Shown here one piece after another: positions 26,601-37,717 of a DNA stretch of 64,000 nt. The stretch spans positions 158,288,001-158,352,000 of the forward strand of contig CM059431.1 in NCBI GenBank assembly GCA_030390025.1. The letters are read 5' to 3'. Under the pieces are notes generated by a model that did no database searches, was not told where the DNA came from, and saw nothing but the letters and a program-made list of their open reading frames with translations. The stretch comes from Squalus acanthias. Its lineage: Eukaryota. How positions within the stretch are numbered: position 1 is the first letter of the stretch; each line of letters opens with the position of its first letter. A program made the position numbers and the translations under genes.

Positions 26601-28538
26601 TTAAGCAACGCCTCGATTTCAAAATTCTCACCCTTGTTTTCAATTCCCTCCATGGCCTCGACCCTCCCTACCTCTAATGTCTTCCAGAAAATGCTTTGGG
26701 CCCCGACAACATCCCGGCTATCGTGCTGAAGACTTGTGCTCCAGAACTAGCCGCGCCTCTAGCCAAGCTGTTCCAATACAGCTACAACACTGGCATCTAT
26801 CCGACTGGTAAACTGCCCAGGTATGTCCTGTCCTCAAAAAGACTAACAAATCCAACTCAGCCAGTTACCGCCCGATTAGTCTGCTCTCAATCATCAGCCA
26901 TGTGATTGAATGTGTCATCGATAGTGCTCTCAAGCGGCAATAACTCACAAATAACCTGCTCACTGTTGCCCAGTTTGGGTCCACTCAGCTCCCGAACTCA
27001 TCATAGCCTTGTTTCAAACATGGACGAATGAGCTGAATTCCAGAGGTGAGGTGAGAGTAACTGCCCTTGACATAAAGGCAGAATTTGACTGGGTGTGCCT
27101 TCAAGGAGCCCTAGTAAAATTGAAGTCATATGGGAATCGGGGGGGAAACGCTCCATTGCTGGAGACATATCCAGCACAAAGGAAGATGGTTCTGGTGGTT
27201 TAAGCTCAATCATCACAGCCCCAGGACATCGCTGCAGGAGTTCCTCAGGGCAGTGTCCTAGACCCAACCATCTTCAGCTGCTTCATCAATGACCATCCCT
27301 CCAACAAAAGGTGAGAAATGGGGATGTTCGCTGATGACTGCACAGTGTTCAGCGCCATTCACAATTCCTAATATAATTTAGCTGTCCATGCCCGCATGCA
27401 ACAAGACCTGGACGACGTTCAGGCTTGTGCTGATAATTGGCAGGTAACATTCGTGCCACAGAAGTGCCCGGCAATGACTATCTCCAACAAGTGAGAGTCT
27501 AACCATCTCCCCTTGACATTCAACATCGAATCTCCAACCATCAATACCCTGGGGGTCACCGTTGACCTGAAACTTAACTAGATCAGCCACATAAAAACTA
27601 TGGCAACAAGCGCAGGTCAGAGGCTAGGTATTCTGCGGCGAGTGTATCACCTCCTGATTCCCCAACACCTTTCCATCATCTACAAATCACAAGTAAGGGG
27701 CGTGATGGAATACTCTCCATTTGCCTGGATGAGTGCAGCTCCAGCAACACTCAAGAACCTCGACAAAATCCAGGACAAAGCAGCCCGCTTGATTGGCACC
27801 ACGTTAAACATCCACTCCCTCCGCCACCGGCGTACCGTGGCTGCAGTGTGTACCATCGAGAAGATGCACTACAGCAACTCGCCAAGGATACTTTGGCAGC
27901 ACCTCCCAAACCCGCGACCTCTTCCACTTAGAAGGACAAGGACAGCAGGCGCATGGGAACACCACCACCTCCAGGTTCCCCTTCAAGTCACACACCATCC
28001 TGACTTAGAAGTATATCGCTGATCCTTCATCGTCGCTGGATCAAAATCCTGGAACTCTGTAAATAAAAGCACTATGGGAGTATCTTCACCACACAGACGG
28101 CAACTTTTCAAGAAGGCAGGTCACCAACACCTTCTCAAGGGCAATTAGGGATAGGTAATAAATGCTGGCCTTTCCAGCGACACCCACATCCCGTAAACGA
28201 ATAAGAAGTCCCACCCCCACGCGAGATAAATGCTCTCCTATAATTCTGCCCTCTTGAGCATCCCTGATAATAATCGCTCAAGCATTGGTGGCCGTGCCAT
28301 CTGTTGCCTAGGCACTAATTTCTGGAAATCCCTCCCTATACCTCACCGACTCTCGAATTCACTTTCCTTCTTTAAGTCGCTCCTTAAAACTTACCTCTTT
28401 GACCAAGCTTTTAGTTATCTACCCTAATTTCTCCTTACCTGGCTCGGTATCAAGTTTTTGTCTTATAATACACCTGTGAAGCGCATTTGGGACGTTTTAC
28501 TCCTATCGACGCGCTATATAAATACAATTTGTTGTTGA
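23620..28538 (+). mobile_element. Degenerate L2 LINE, paralogue of 1960-5230, split by nested LINE at 26688-28208
   Basis: SCSLDPIP, YRPISYLP, HSTETALIEVTND, FSAAFDT, YADDTQLY. Tail tatataaatacaatttgttgttg. Confidence 0.9.
26688..28208 (+). mobile_element. 5'-truncated non-LTR retrotransposon of a different CR1/Jockey-group family, nested in L2
   Basis: GPDNIPAIVLKTCAPELAAPLAKLFQYSYNTGIYP, TALDIKAEFD, gttcctcagggcagtgtc (VPQGSV), YKSQVRGVMEYS. L2 sequence resumes on both sides. Confidence 0.88.
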
Positions 28539-29207
28539 TCTCCACAACCGAGTTCCAGATGTGCTCCCGTCGGCCGGGACTCCGCACTGAGAGTGCCCGT
28601 TTGTAAGCTTTACTCACGGTGCACGCCAAAACCAGCCTTATTCCTGAGGTAGAGAATATTCTGTAGCGAAATTTGGAGCTTGTGATTACTGATGAATTAA
28701 ATGATCCTTCACTAGGTTTTACACTCTGGCGGTATAATATTATATTTATTCACCGATTTTTGTTTAATATTTTGCATTTGCTGTATTTTGATATTATTTC
28801 TTGTAGTTTATGACTATGATATCGATCCACACACAAAATATTTCTAGATGTGATCCCTCTGGTCTCTATGGGCTGTGACATTGTCCGTGTGTTACTGGAG
28901 ATGAGTCCTGTTAGGTGCTTCTATTTGAATATATTGACCATATCTCTCATGGTGTCAGCACCTGAGGAATCAGCACTGTAGCAGGTGAGGTCACTTACCA
29001 CTGTTCCACTAATATTAACACTTATGAATAATATTATCAATCATGTAAACTTTAAACAGTGAGATGATGCACAGCATTGATTTCTGGAATATATTTAGGG
29101 GTCTGACAATCTCAGAATTGGCCATTAATATACAAGTGGTAGATTTAACTGCTGTTTTACAATCACAATTCTCCACTTGTGCGCGTGTCTCGCTGTGTGT
29201 GTTCACA

Positions 29208-29278
29208 CACGTGCGTCCAATCAAACTCTCAGTCAGTGTCCTTTCCTTTCCCCACTGGGGAAAAATAGTTTCAGTTCC
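29208..29278. promoter_or_regulatory. Candidate cis-element cluster: E-box, CCAAT, GGAAAGGAAAG and ISRE/EICE-like GGAACTGAAACT
   Basis: CACGTG 29208-29213, CCAAT 29217-29221, ctttcctttcc 29241-29251, agtttcagttcc 29267-29278. The first three are conserved in the paralogue at 6335-6377. Confidence 0.35.
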
Positions 29279-29357
29279 GGATAAGTAATTTCTGCAAAAT
29301 ATAGTTGAAGTTATATTTCGGAATTAATTTAGAACTAAGTTTGAGACCTTGTAAAAC

Positions 29358-29379
29358 TCAGTTATCTGCTGTTTGATAC
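29358..29379 (-). CDS. Terminal coding exon of TM gene: (Q)YQTADN*
   Basis: Acceptor ctttgttatactag, phase 2 matching previous exon, TGA at 29358-29360, AATAAA (minus) at 28745-28750. Confidence 0.65.
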
Positions 29380-29700
29380 CTAGTATAACAAAGAAATAAG
29401 TCACATAAGTCACAACAACAACTTGCATTTCCACAGCTTGAGTGGAGCACAAACGCCGGAATGGTCTGGTTGGGCGGAATCGCCTGTTCTTTGAGGTATC
29501 TCCTATGTAATCGTATGTAATTCACATTTCGAACTCCATACTTTTCTCGCATCGTGCTCTACTTCATCCGGGCATCTGCCTACTTCATTTTTTGTTAATT
29601 CTGCCTCCCATGTTTTACTAACTCCTTACGGTTCAAATGTATTTCGTTATACCCTCTATTCACCCCGCCGACAAAGATACTTCCTCTTGACGTTGCTTAC

Positions 29701-29726
29701 TGAACCGGCATCCTGCTGTGATTTAC
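29701..29726 (-). CDS. 26-nt tail exon: VNHSRMPV(Q), phase 0 to 2
   Basis: aattaatttcag| ... |gtaagc; phase fits neighbours. Confidence 0.65.
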
Positions 29727-30121
29727 CTGAAATTAATTTAGCAGATAATAAAAGAGTTCTCTTCCTTTTATTGGCAGGGATGCGGCGTTGGCAGTTTGCG
29801 GGGGCGTCCGACTCGAAACCCATCGATTGATGAATGTTACATTCATTTATTTCCCTTAACTCCAAGATCAAGCGGGTGCTCAAAATGAACAAGACATACC
29901 ATTGAACAGCGAAAGGAAACGGTGAACGGGTTAACAAGTGAAAAGGGAACATTGTGAACTCAATTGCAATCACACTAATTTTTGTGGATATCACTACAAT
30001 GAGTAAGAAGGAAATAATTTTGGGAAAACAGTTTGCGATATGAATAGAAAATAATCAGGCAGTCATCAATAATTTAGCCAATACATGACCGTAGCTGGTA
30101 TAATTAAAGAACTGAACGTAC

Positions 30122-30183
30122 ATCACTATAGAACTCAGAGGGATTTGCGGGAGTCGGGTCGGAGAAAGGCGTGAGAGTGATCT
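30122..30183 (-). CDS. 62-nt tail exon: (E)ITLTPFSDPTPANPSEFYSD, phase 1 to 0
   Basis: tctttattaacag| ... |gtacgt; open and phase-compatible. Confidence 0.65.
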
Positions 30184-30530
30184 CTGTTAATAAAGACAAA
30201 ACCTCATCATCAACAACTTGCATTTGTACGGCGTCTTTAACGTGGAAAATAAATATTCCAAGGCGCCTAAAGGAAGTTTTACAGATATAAGAACGCACAC
30301 ATCCGGGACAACGAAAATGATAAAAAGGGTTCAAAAGATGTAGATGAAGTGCAGTCAAAAAAGTAGGTTTTTGAGCATAAGTTTAATGATAACCAGGGGA
30401 CGTAGAGGTGGATAATTTAGGGAGAGAATAACAAAGTGAGTAGTGTATTTCTTTTTCTCCACCAAAAATGCAACTGGTTATTTCACTATTTGTATTTCCT
30501 GCATCTTTAATGTCGGCGGTGCAATCTTAC

Positions 30531-30659
30531 CGCGATTTTTCCGGTTTTGCCAACAACACGTCACCAGAACTCCTACGGCTCCCACCAGTATTGCAACTAA
30601 GACTGCAACCGTGACGATTATCTTGCCTTTTTCGTCCATTATTGCAGTATCGTCAATCT
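30531..30659 (-). CDS. Transmembrane exon: (E)IDDTAIMDEKGK-IIVTVAVLVAILVGAVGVLVTCCW-QNRKNR, phase 1 to 1
   Basis: 129 nt, acceptor tctttaatttacag, donor CGCG|gtaaga, ~23-residue hydrophobic stretch flanked by basic residues. Confidence 0.85.
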
Positions 30660-31518
30660 CTGTAAATTAAAGAATATGTTTGAGATTTGTTTTTCAAGTA
30701 TTCATTGACAGTCCAAATAGTCTCAAACAATTAGAAAAGCTGCTGTTATTTCATAACACTCAGAGAAAAAAAAACTCTAAGCGAAAGATGAACCATCCGT
30801 GAATATGTAAGAAAGTAAATGATAGTGTGAACTTGAGAATAAAAGCATATAATGTTGCGAAGAATAGCAGCTCTTCTTTAGAGCCTTTCAAACAGTAAGA
30901 CGGCCATTGGCGCCTCACAGAGCAGGAATTTAGAGTTAAACTGCCTCTTTTCCGTAGAGTTAAGAGAAACGACCTAGTATTTGCAACATGTGGAGGTTGT
31001 TTAAAGTAAGTAGGAAGTAAAGAGTGGAAGCCCAAGGCAACGGATTCCAGACAATGGTGCTGACGACTTTGTTGGAGTCCGGAGCAGAGGAACCAATAAT
31101 CTGGGGACCACAGCAAAGGGAGAGGATGGACCAGAAATAAAAGAGGGTTTCTGAAGATGACTGTAAAATTAAGACGCTCGAGACCGTAAAGGTAATTGTA
31201 GATGAGTAGGAGTCTTTCACAAATTGTTTGGAATAGCAAGTGAATGTCGGTCACCGACGAATGGGATTATGGAAAAGTTGAAATGACGGTGAACTGATGA
31301 ATTGAAGCAGTCGAGCTCTGGAGATTCTATCTGGCAGTGCCCAAAAGCCGTTTAAGGAATCGAGTCTAAACCTCACAAAAGCGTATCTAAATCACTAGCA
31401 AATATTCATATGTTCTCATATATCCAGAAAATTAAAATATGATGGTTGCGGACGGTGATCTGAGAATCCATTCGAAATTTATTGCTTGGAATCACCAGAT
31501 GCTGCTAATCAATTAGAA

Positions 31519-31543
31519 CTAGTCGTGACTGTCGCTTGTTAGC
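31519..31543 (-). CDS. Candidate alternative terminal exon D: (R)LTSDSHD* (DYF* in other units)
   Basis: Acceptor ttattagctctttag, phase 2 fits exon C, AATAAA at 31478-31483. Present in all units. Confidence 0.3.
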
Positions 31544-31824
31544 CTAAAGAGCTAATAAATAATGCACACATAGTTAAAGAAAGTAACAGTAAATGCAAGC
31601 TCATTCCTTCTTTCTTGGGAAAACTAAACTGCGATACGGACCGGAGAAATTGAAATACTGTGAATCTAAATGTACTCAAAATAAATTTGATAGATATCAA
31701 TACAACAATTACAAGAACACACCATTGGGATAAAGTTATTGATATCAAATTGAAAAAATAACTAAATCTCAAATACCACGTCTGAAACATGGCAATAGCT
31801 GGTAGGAATCATAATTGAATGTAC

Positions 31825-31861
31825 CTGATTCTAAAATGCCTATCGATGTAAGTAGAAAGAC
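31825..31861 (-). CDS. Candidate 37-nt linker exon C: (G)LSTYIDRHFRI(R)
   Basis: Acceptor tttagtctctctcag, donor CAG|gtacat. Copies at 38758-38794 and 58422-58458 (donor altered) and 47409-47445 (intact). Confidence 0.4.
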
Positions 31862-32809
31862 CTGAGAGAGACTAAATAAAGAACGTCCCGGAATTAGCGG
31901 TCAGCGCGAAGCAAAGGCATTTGCTGCGGCCACAAAGTAAGCTTGACACAAAGATCTCGCAATCAGGTTTTCCGAAGTGTAATTCAAATCAACGGAGCAT
32001 CATTGGGAATCCCGAGTGCAAGCTGCTGTGAAGTCAACAGGCTGTCTAAGCATCCAAACAAAACGCAGAATTCTCACAGACAGCGAACAAGGAAGTGAAT
32101 AAGCTGTTGAACTTCTAACATTTCAAAATATCATTCAGCGAACGAAACAAATATTGGGGCTCTAACATGCGGAAAATGCAAAGCAGAAATAAGGAAGAAA
32201 AATCTTTTAAAATAATTACATTTTCAGAATAATGTTAATTTTTATTTAAATGAATAAAGTTGTCTCTGCACAACATAAAAATTCGATTTTCTGGCCGTCA
32301 CATTGGTTTAGAATTCAATACGCTGTTGCAATCCAGTTACACCCTTCCCTTTCAGTCAAACTTTTAGTGGGGAATTCAAGAGCGCAATTACGGTGAAAGA
32401 GCCGAAGATTACATCAGTTTTCCTGATTTGAGAGTTTTCCCTGATGACCGGCTCTGGGTGGGCACAGGGCAGCCTCTGCAATTTTATTGGAGTCAAAGGA
32501 AGGGAACATAGGACCGAGCGAACAACGGGCAGCAGATGCAATGCCGGCCGTTTTTCGGCGAGGACAGAACACAGACCGTATCTCATCCATCGCCTGTTAT
32601 ATGTTGCGCGCGAATAAACTTGAATTGAGCTGAATATCGGGCGTGTGTGCAACTGTCGACAAATGTCATCCGGCCATTGTGTGTTCCCGACAATTAGAAT
32701 TTCATCCATCTGGACATCAACTTAAAATAAGTTTCTCGACATAAATAATGAACTCTCTTACTATGAAAGTAAACGAGATCTTTTGCAATTAGATTTTGAC
32801 ATCGCCTAC

Positions 32810-33008
32810 CTTCTAGATCATGTTTTGTCCCTGTATCTCTGTTCTGTATCTCTGACAATGTCGCTTTCAGTTTGGGTTCTGTATTCTGCAGTTGAAGAAA
32901 TATGTTCCACATTGTTCTTTCTCCCCGAGCTCCCTTTTCCAGCACGATATCGAAAATGCGTTGGGATGCATTGTTTCTGCGCGTACTTTCAGCAAGTGTA
33001 CTGATTTC
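32810..33008 (-). CDS. CARD-like exon B, unit 1: EISTLAESTRRNNASQRIFDIVLEKGARGERTMWNIFLQLQNTEPKLKATLSEIQNR(DTGTKHDLE)
   Basis: Acceptor atgtttttag, phase 0. Normal donor after 32837 reads AT; an in-frame GAAG|gtaggc donor lies 27 nt further. IFDIVLEKG matches the CARD helix-5 LxDxVxxKG pattern. Confidence 0.75.
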
Positions 33009-34473
33009 CTAAAAACATATTGCAATCATATTGAACAAAGTATTTTACAAAATCAACTAAGAAACGTCGGTTTTGTGTCTCCCTCTCTTTATGGGAGGAA
33101 TGAATAGAAAAACTCACAATCAGGTGATCAAAATCTATGTCATCGCGGTAAGTTATAAGGAGCGTCTCTAAAGAGCAGAGAATGGCAGACGGCCGGAGAG
33201 GATTACAGAGTTAATTCCAGAGTTTAGGACCGAGAGAGCACAACGCACCGCTAACAATGGTGGCGTGAAGAGAATCGGGGTTGCGCAATGGTTCAGAATT
33301 TGATGAGCACAGAGATCACGGAGGATTGTAGGGCTGGAGGATGCTGCACAGATAGAGAGGACTAGCGTTGAGTCACCGAGGGAAGTTGAATTTTCTCAAC
33401 TGATATGAAAAAATGTTAAGTGCTAAATAAAAGGGGAAAAGTCAGATTTCAGGAATATGGTTCGTGCAAAATGAAGCATTATTTGTTGTTAGTAACAGCA
33501 ATATTCTGGAAAGCTCACAAAGTGCTTTTAGAAACTCAAACTGCACAGATTGCAAAACAATGCGGGTGAAATTGGAATCGGCCAGTCGCATGACAGGTGC
33601 TGATAGCGAATGGTCGACTCGTGTTACACGCGTCCGTATTTCTTTACCATTGATTGCAATTAGACTTCCGTTCATTTCAAGTATCATTCATCGAAACAGT
33701 AGCACAAGCTTATCAGTCAATCCTTCATCTTCTATATGAAACATTTGCTTTGAATACCTGAATAGTCCTGTCTTATGAGTAACTATATTATTTGAAGTGT
33801 TTATGAAATGTGATCATTGTCCCGAAAACTGTCTCATGCCAATCACCAAATTCTTAAACTGTCAACGTTTTACCTTTTGCTCGTTAACCTCTATGTTTCT
33901 TTGATTTGATTTATATAATCAACCCCCTACATTCAATTTTTAAATCTACTTTTAATTTCCTTTTCTATGCACATCCAAATAATTCTTGTATGTGCTCCAT
34001 TGCTTTTATTATCGTGTAATTCCTTTATATAGTATCGCAATCATTTCCTAGTTGGTAACTTCGTATTGCTTCCCGACGGAATTATCTGATCCATTGCCTC
34101 CCAATATATCTGGACTAGAGTGTTGTTGATTTGTGCAAAATGGTTATCCTGTACATATACATTGCGTTGATTTACTGTTCTTCTGAATTCTAAGGATATC
34201 ATTGCTTCATAGATATCCGTTATCCGTTTGCAGAAATTGATACAATACTCATTCCTTCCCTGTTGTGCTGGAAACGTACCCATCTACCTCACGTCCTGGA
34301 TACGTGGCAGATAGCACACTCCCTCTTCCACCCGTACATCACTTCTATACTTTAGATATTTAAAGTCATCCATATCTCTGATACCCTCGCTAAAATGTCT
34401 CCATTTTTCAATATATCGCTTCCTCAATTCGTGACCCACCACTTGTGAATGAAAATGAACTCCTCATAGTTAA

Positions 34474-35294
34474 TGGCTAGGTTTTTCGATCGCAGGAATC
34501 CCGGGTGCGCAGGTCTGCAATCTAGAAGAATCTACGCCCTTACCTTCGGGTTCCCGGGACGCACACGATTCAGATCCTGGGCCTCTCCAATCTCGATTTG
34601 CGCAGGGCCCTATTATCCCAGAGGCACAGGCAGATTACAGGGAGCATGGGATCATGTGGGCCATGGGGAGCCAATCAAAGTAGGGAAACTGCATTCATAC
34701 ACGTGACAGGAAGACCTTTCAAATATATGAATGGAGATCACCCCAAAAACATAGTGGCCCAGAAATTCCTTTCGCAGGCCGCCCGCGGGCGGAGGACTGC
34801 GATCTGGAAAAATCTGTGCCCGGACCGCAGGGGTCCCGGGAGGCGCAGAGTTCCGTTGCTTGGTCTCTCCAAACTTCCGGTGCGCAGGTCCCACGTATCC
34901 CAGAGGCGCAGGCGGTTCGCAGCGTCCCTGGGATCACGTAGGGAGCCAATCAGAGAAGGGAATCTCCCTTCATACATTTGACAGGAAGACCTGCCAAATA
35001 TATGAATGGAATTCACCCCCAAAACATAGTAAAAGCAAGCCTTAGCCCTGCTTTTACCAGGCATACGATTTATAATGGTTTTCTACAGGCGGGGGTTCTC
35101 CAGAAAGCGGAAATATCCGTCCGCAGAGGACCTTCTCCAGGCTCGGCGTCCAATCTGTCAAGAGCATTCTTGACAGATCGGAAATTACGGATTTCAGCGC
35201 ATGCGGTTGGCATGCCTGAAACCGTCATTTCCGAAGTCCCTACGGTTGTGTACACAGCGCGTACACACCCGTAAGGATCCGAATATCCGGTCCA
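34474..35294. mobile_element. Non-autonomous TIR element (MITE-like) with ~275-bp internal subrepeat
   Basis: Ends ttaa-TGGC...GGCCCA-ttaa. Copies at 43122-43943, 54137-54968 and 61074-61895. Confidence 0.65.
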
Positions 35295-36048
35295 TTAACG
35301 CCAATCTCCCAGCCGTGCGCTTACATTAACCATGTCTTCATATCATAACTTCCAAGAGCATCTTCAGACAATCGCAACCTTCAACTAATCAGTTTTATTC
35401 ACCATGCTTTATTATTATATGTGTTACATAATTTCAGGAAATATTAGAAAAGAGATCAGATTGACATCATGCATGAGACTCGGAATTTTATTTTAAATAG
35501 GACATGATGGCTGTCATGACAAGAGATGCCGGTAATGTTATGTCCCTGAGCATTGGGCAGAAGAATAAACGTGAAGGCTTAAAGTTGCGTAACCCATGGA
35601 CTGGATGAATTTTGCGAGTGCTTGGTGAGACGTAGAATAATGCAGATATTTTGTGGTTGTTAACTATAAATAATAATTGTGGCAGGGAAGTTGGTAGATA
35701 GGCAGGTAGAATCAGCCATGCAGTGAAGTTGGAAGGAGAAAATTAACGGAAGCAACGACTTGGATATGTTCAGGAGAAAGTTCTAGAAATTGGTGCCACC
35801 GGCAGTGACTCACACGAATCGTCTCGTTTAATTAAAATGCACGTCACCTTTGCTAAAGAACGGACAGAATATATCGGCCGTGAGCGACAGCTTATTTTAA
35901 ATATGTCAGTTAACTTATTTTCCTGAGATTAGCTATATGTGGCTATTAGATGTTCTAACTAGCTCCAGGATATCCATTGGGTATTTGCTGAGTAGGCGTG
36001 ATGCTTGTGCTGCTAGTGGTATCTTCTTCAAATATTCATTACAATATT

Positions 36049-36802
36049 TGGCCCGTAATTTTCGTTAGGTGGCTGCCTGCGTGCGCATGCCTCCTATCGG
36101 GAAGAAATCTACGCCATTACCTGAGGGCTCCCGAGGAGGAGCCATTTCCGATCCTGTGCCTGTCCACAGTAGAAATGCGCAGTGCCCACCTGATCCCAGG
36201 GACGCTTGCGAAGCTCGTGAGCCCCTGAGATAGGTGGACAGGCGAGAGAATAGAAGGGAATCTCCCTTCATACCTTTGACAGATAGACCTGTCAAAGTTA
36301 TGAATGGAGATCACCCCAAAAGCAAATCAAAACAATAAATACCTTTTTAAAAAGCATCGCGTTTTTAAAATGAGTAACATTAATATTAATTTAAATTTTT
36401 TAAACAAAAATTTAATGTTTTAAAAAAAATAATTAAAGATTTTTACTGAGCTAAAATTAAACTTAACTTATTTAGAAGTACTTTAAAATTATAAGTGAGT
36501 GAAAAAATCTATTTTTTTTACTTTTTTATACTCCTGCGCTGGGAAAAGCCGGCTTTACGCGTGCTTTTACCAGGAGTACGATTTTTAAGTGTTTTCAAGA
36601 GCGGATGTCCTGCAGCGGAAATCTCCACCCGCAGATTCCCTTCTCTGGGGCAAGCGTCCGATTTGCCAAAATGATTCTTGACAGATCGGAAATGCCGGTT
36701 TTCAGCGCATGCGCTTCGCATGCCTGAATCTGGCATTACCGATGTCCCGACGGTTATGTACACCGAGCGTACTCACACGTTGGCATCGGAAAATACGAGC
36801 CA
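36049..36802. mobile_element. Second member of same TIR element family (tggcccgtaattttc...gaaaatacgagcca)
   Basis: Imperfect TIRs, internal similarity to 34474-35294, AT-rich core. Copies at 44697-45454, 55723-56481 and ~62662-63418. Confidence 0.65.
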
Positions 36803-37547
36803 TTGTGTCTTGGCGTGTTCCTTGCAATCCTGAAATTTGGATTAATTGCTCCTTGCATAGGATGCCATTTATGTCCGATTACAGAAACAACATTCACCCA
36901 AATCCCTGCAGAAATACGGCCAAGGTAAATAGCTTAACTGCAAGACGGTTTCCAGTGAATTATCAGTTGATTAGAAAGTCTCTTTCTGCAGATGGTTTTT
37001 GCCTGTCACTTATGCGGCACAAATGTTACTTCCTAATTATCCAACAAAACTGGAATGTTGATCAGATCTTGTTGCATACGGGCATGTACTGTTTAGTTAC
37101 CTGAGCAATTGGGAATGGAATTGAACACTGCAATCATCAGCGTACAGCCCAAATTATGACCGTATGACAGAAAAAAAATTATTGATGAAGCAGCTGACGG
37201 TATTTGGGTCGAGGATTCTTCCACAATGAACTCATGGTTATAATATGAGATGCTGTTCTCTTGTTATTTAACACATTAAAAACGACAAGTTCTGTTTCCT
37301 TTGAGACGATATTAGCTGTAATCTAAGAGCACGTGAAAGGGTGGGCCGTGAGAAGGTTGTTATCATTCACCCCATGGCAATCAAGTCCTCGCACCACCAC
37401 ACATACCCCGCGAACATAAAGTCGCCAGAGAATACAACCGTTAAACCAGCAAAGCCGTGCTGTTCCAGACCGACTTGAACAATCTCCCACCAACCCGTCT
37501 CAAATTTAGGAGGCCATTTAGACAATTCCAACATATATGTAGCATAC

Positions 37548-37717
37548 CTTATGAATTGTTTCAGTAAACACGTTTGCATCTAAGAGCGATTGACTAACAG
37601 CTTCCACGAATTCTTCAATGGACGATTCTAGTCTCTGACGGTAGCAGCCGATAATTCTTCCAAGCTGGATATCCGTGTAGCCCGCCAACATTAGTAACAA
37701 TATAGTATCTGAATTTT
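37548..37717 (-). CDS. CARD-like exon A, unit 1: (E)NSDTILLLMLAGYTDIQLGRIIGCYRQRLESSIEEFVEAVSQSLLDANVFTETIHK
   Basis: 170 nt, acceptor tttacacttttacag, donor AAG|gtatgc, phase 1 to 0, open. YRxRLExxIEExVExVS pattern as in shark NLR-like N-terminal domains (recalled). Confidence 0.8.

Noticed and set aside
30960..31220. ORF with TFTVSSVLIL resembling an Ig C1 strand (ectodomain for the TM exon)
   Set aside because: No canonical Cys/Trp spacing or convincing splice sites. Recurrence is explained by the tandem duplication.
31825..31861. Exon C read as signal-peptide half (VFLLTSIGILES)
   Set aside because: It requires a phase-0 upstream ATG exon that I cannot find, while the upstream exon B ends in phase 1. 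Not fully excluded.
33464..33739. 91-aa plus-strand ORF recurring in all units
   Set aside because: No recognisable domain, non-ATG start, frameshifted in unit 4. Conservation reflects recent duplication only.
34473..35274. Multiple overlapping 60-130 aa ORFs in GC-rich segments
   Set aside because: They lie within MITE-like elements, have no transposase motifs, and frames differ among units.
36994..37030. GGTTTTTGC as a V(D)J RSS nonamer (in every unit)
   Set aside because: No CACTGTG-like heptamer at 12 or 23 bp, and no V/J segments nearby.
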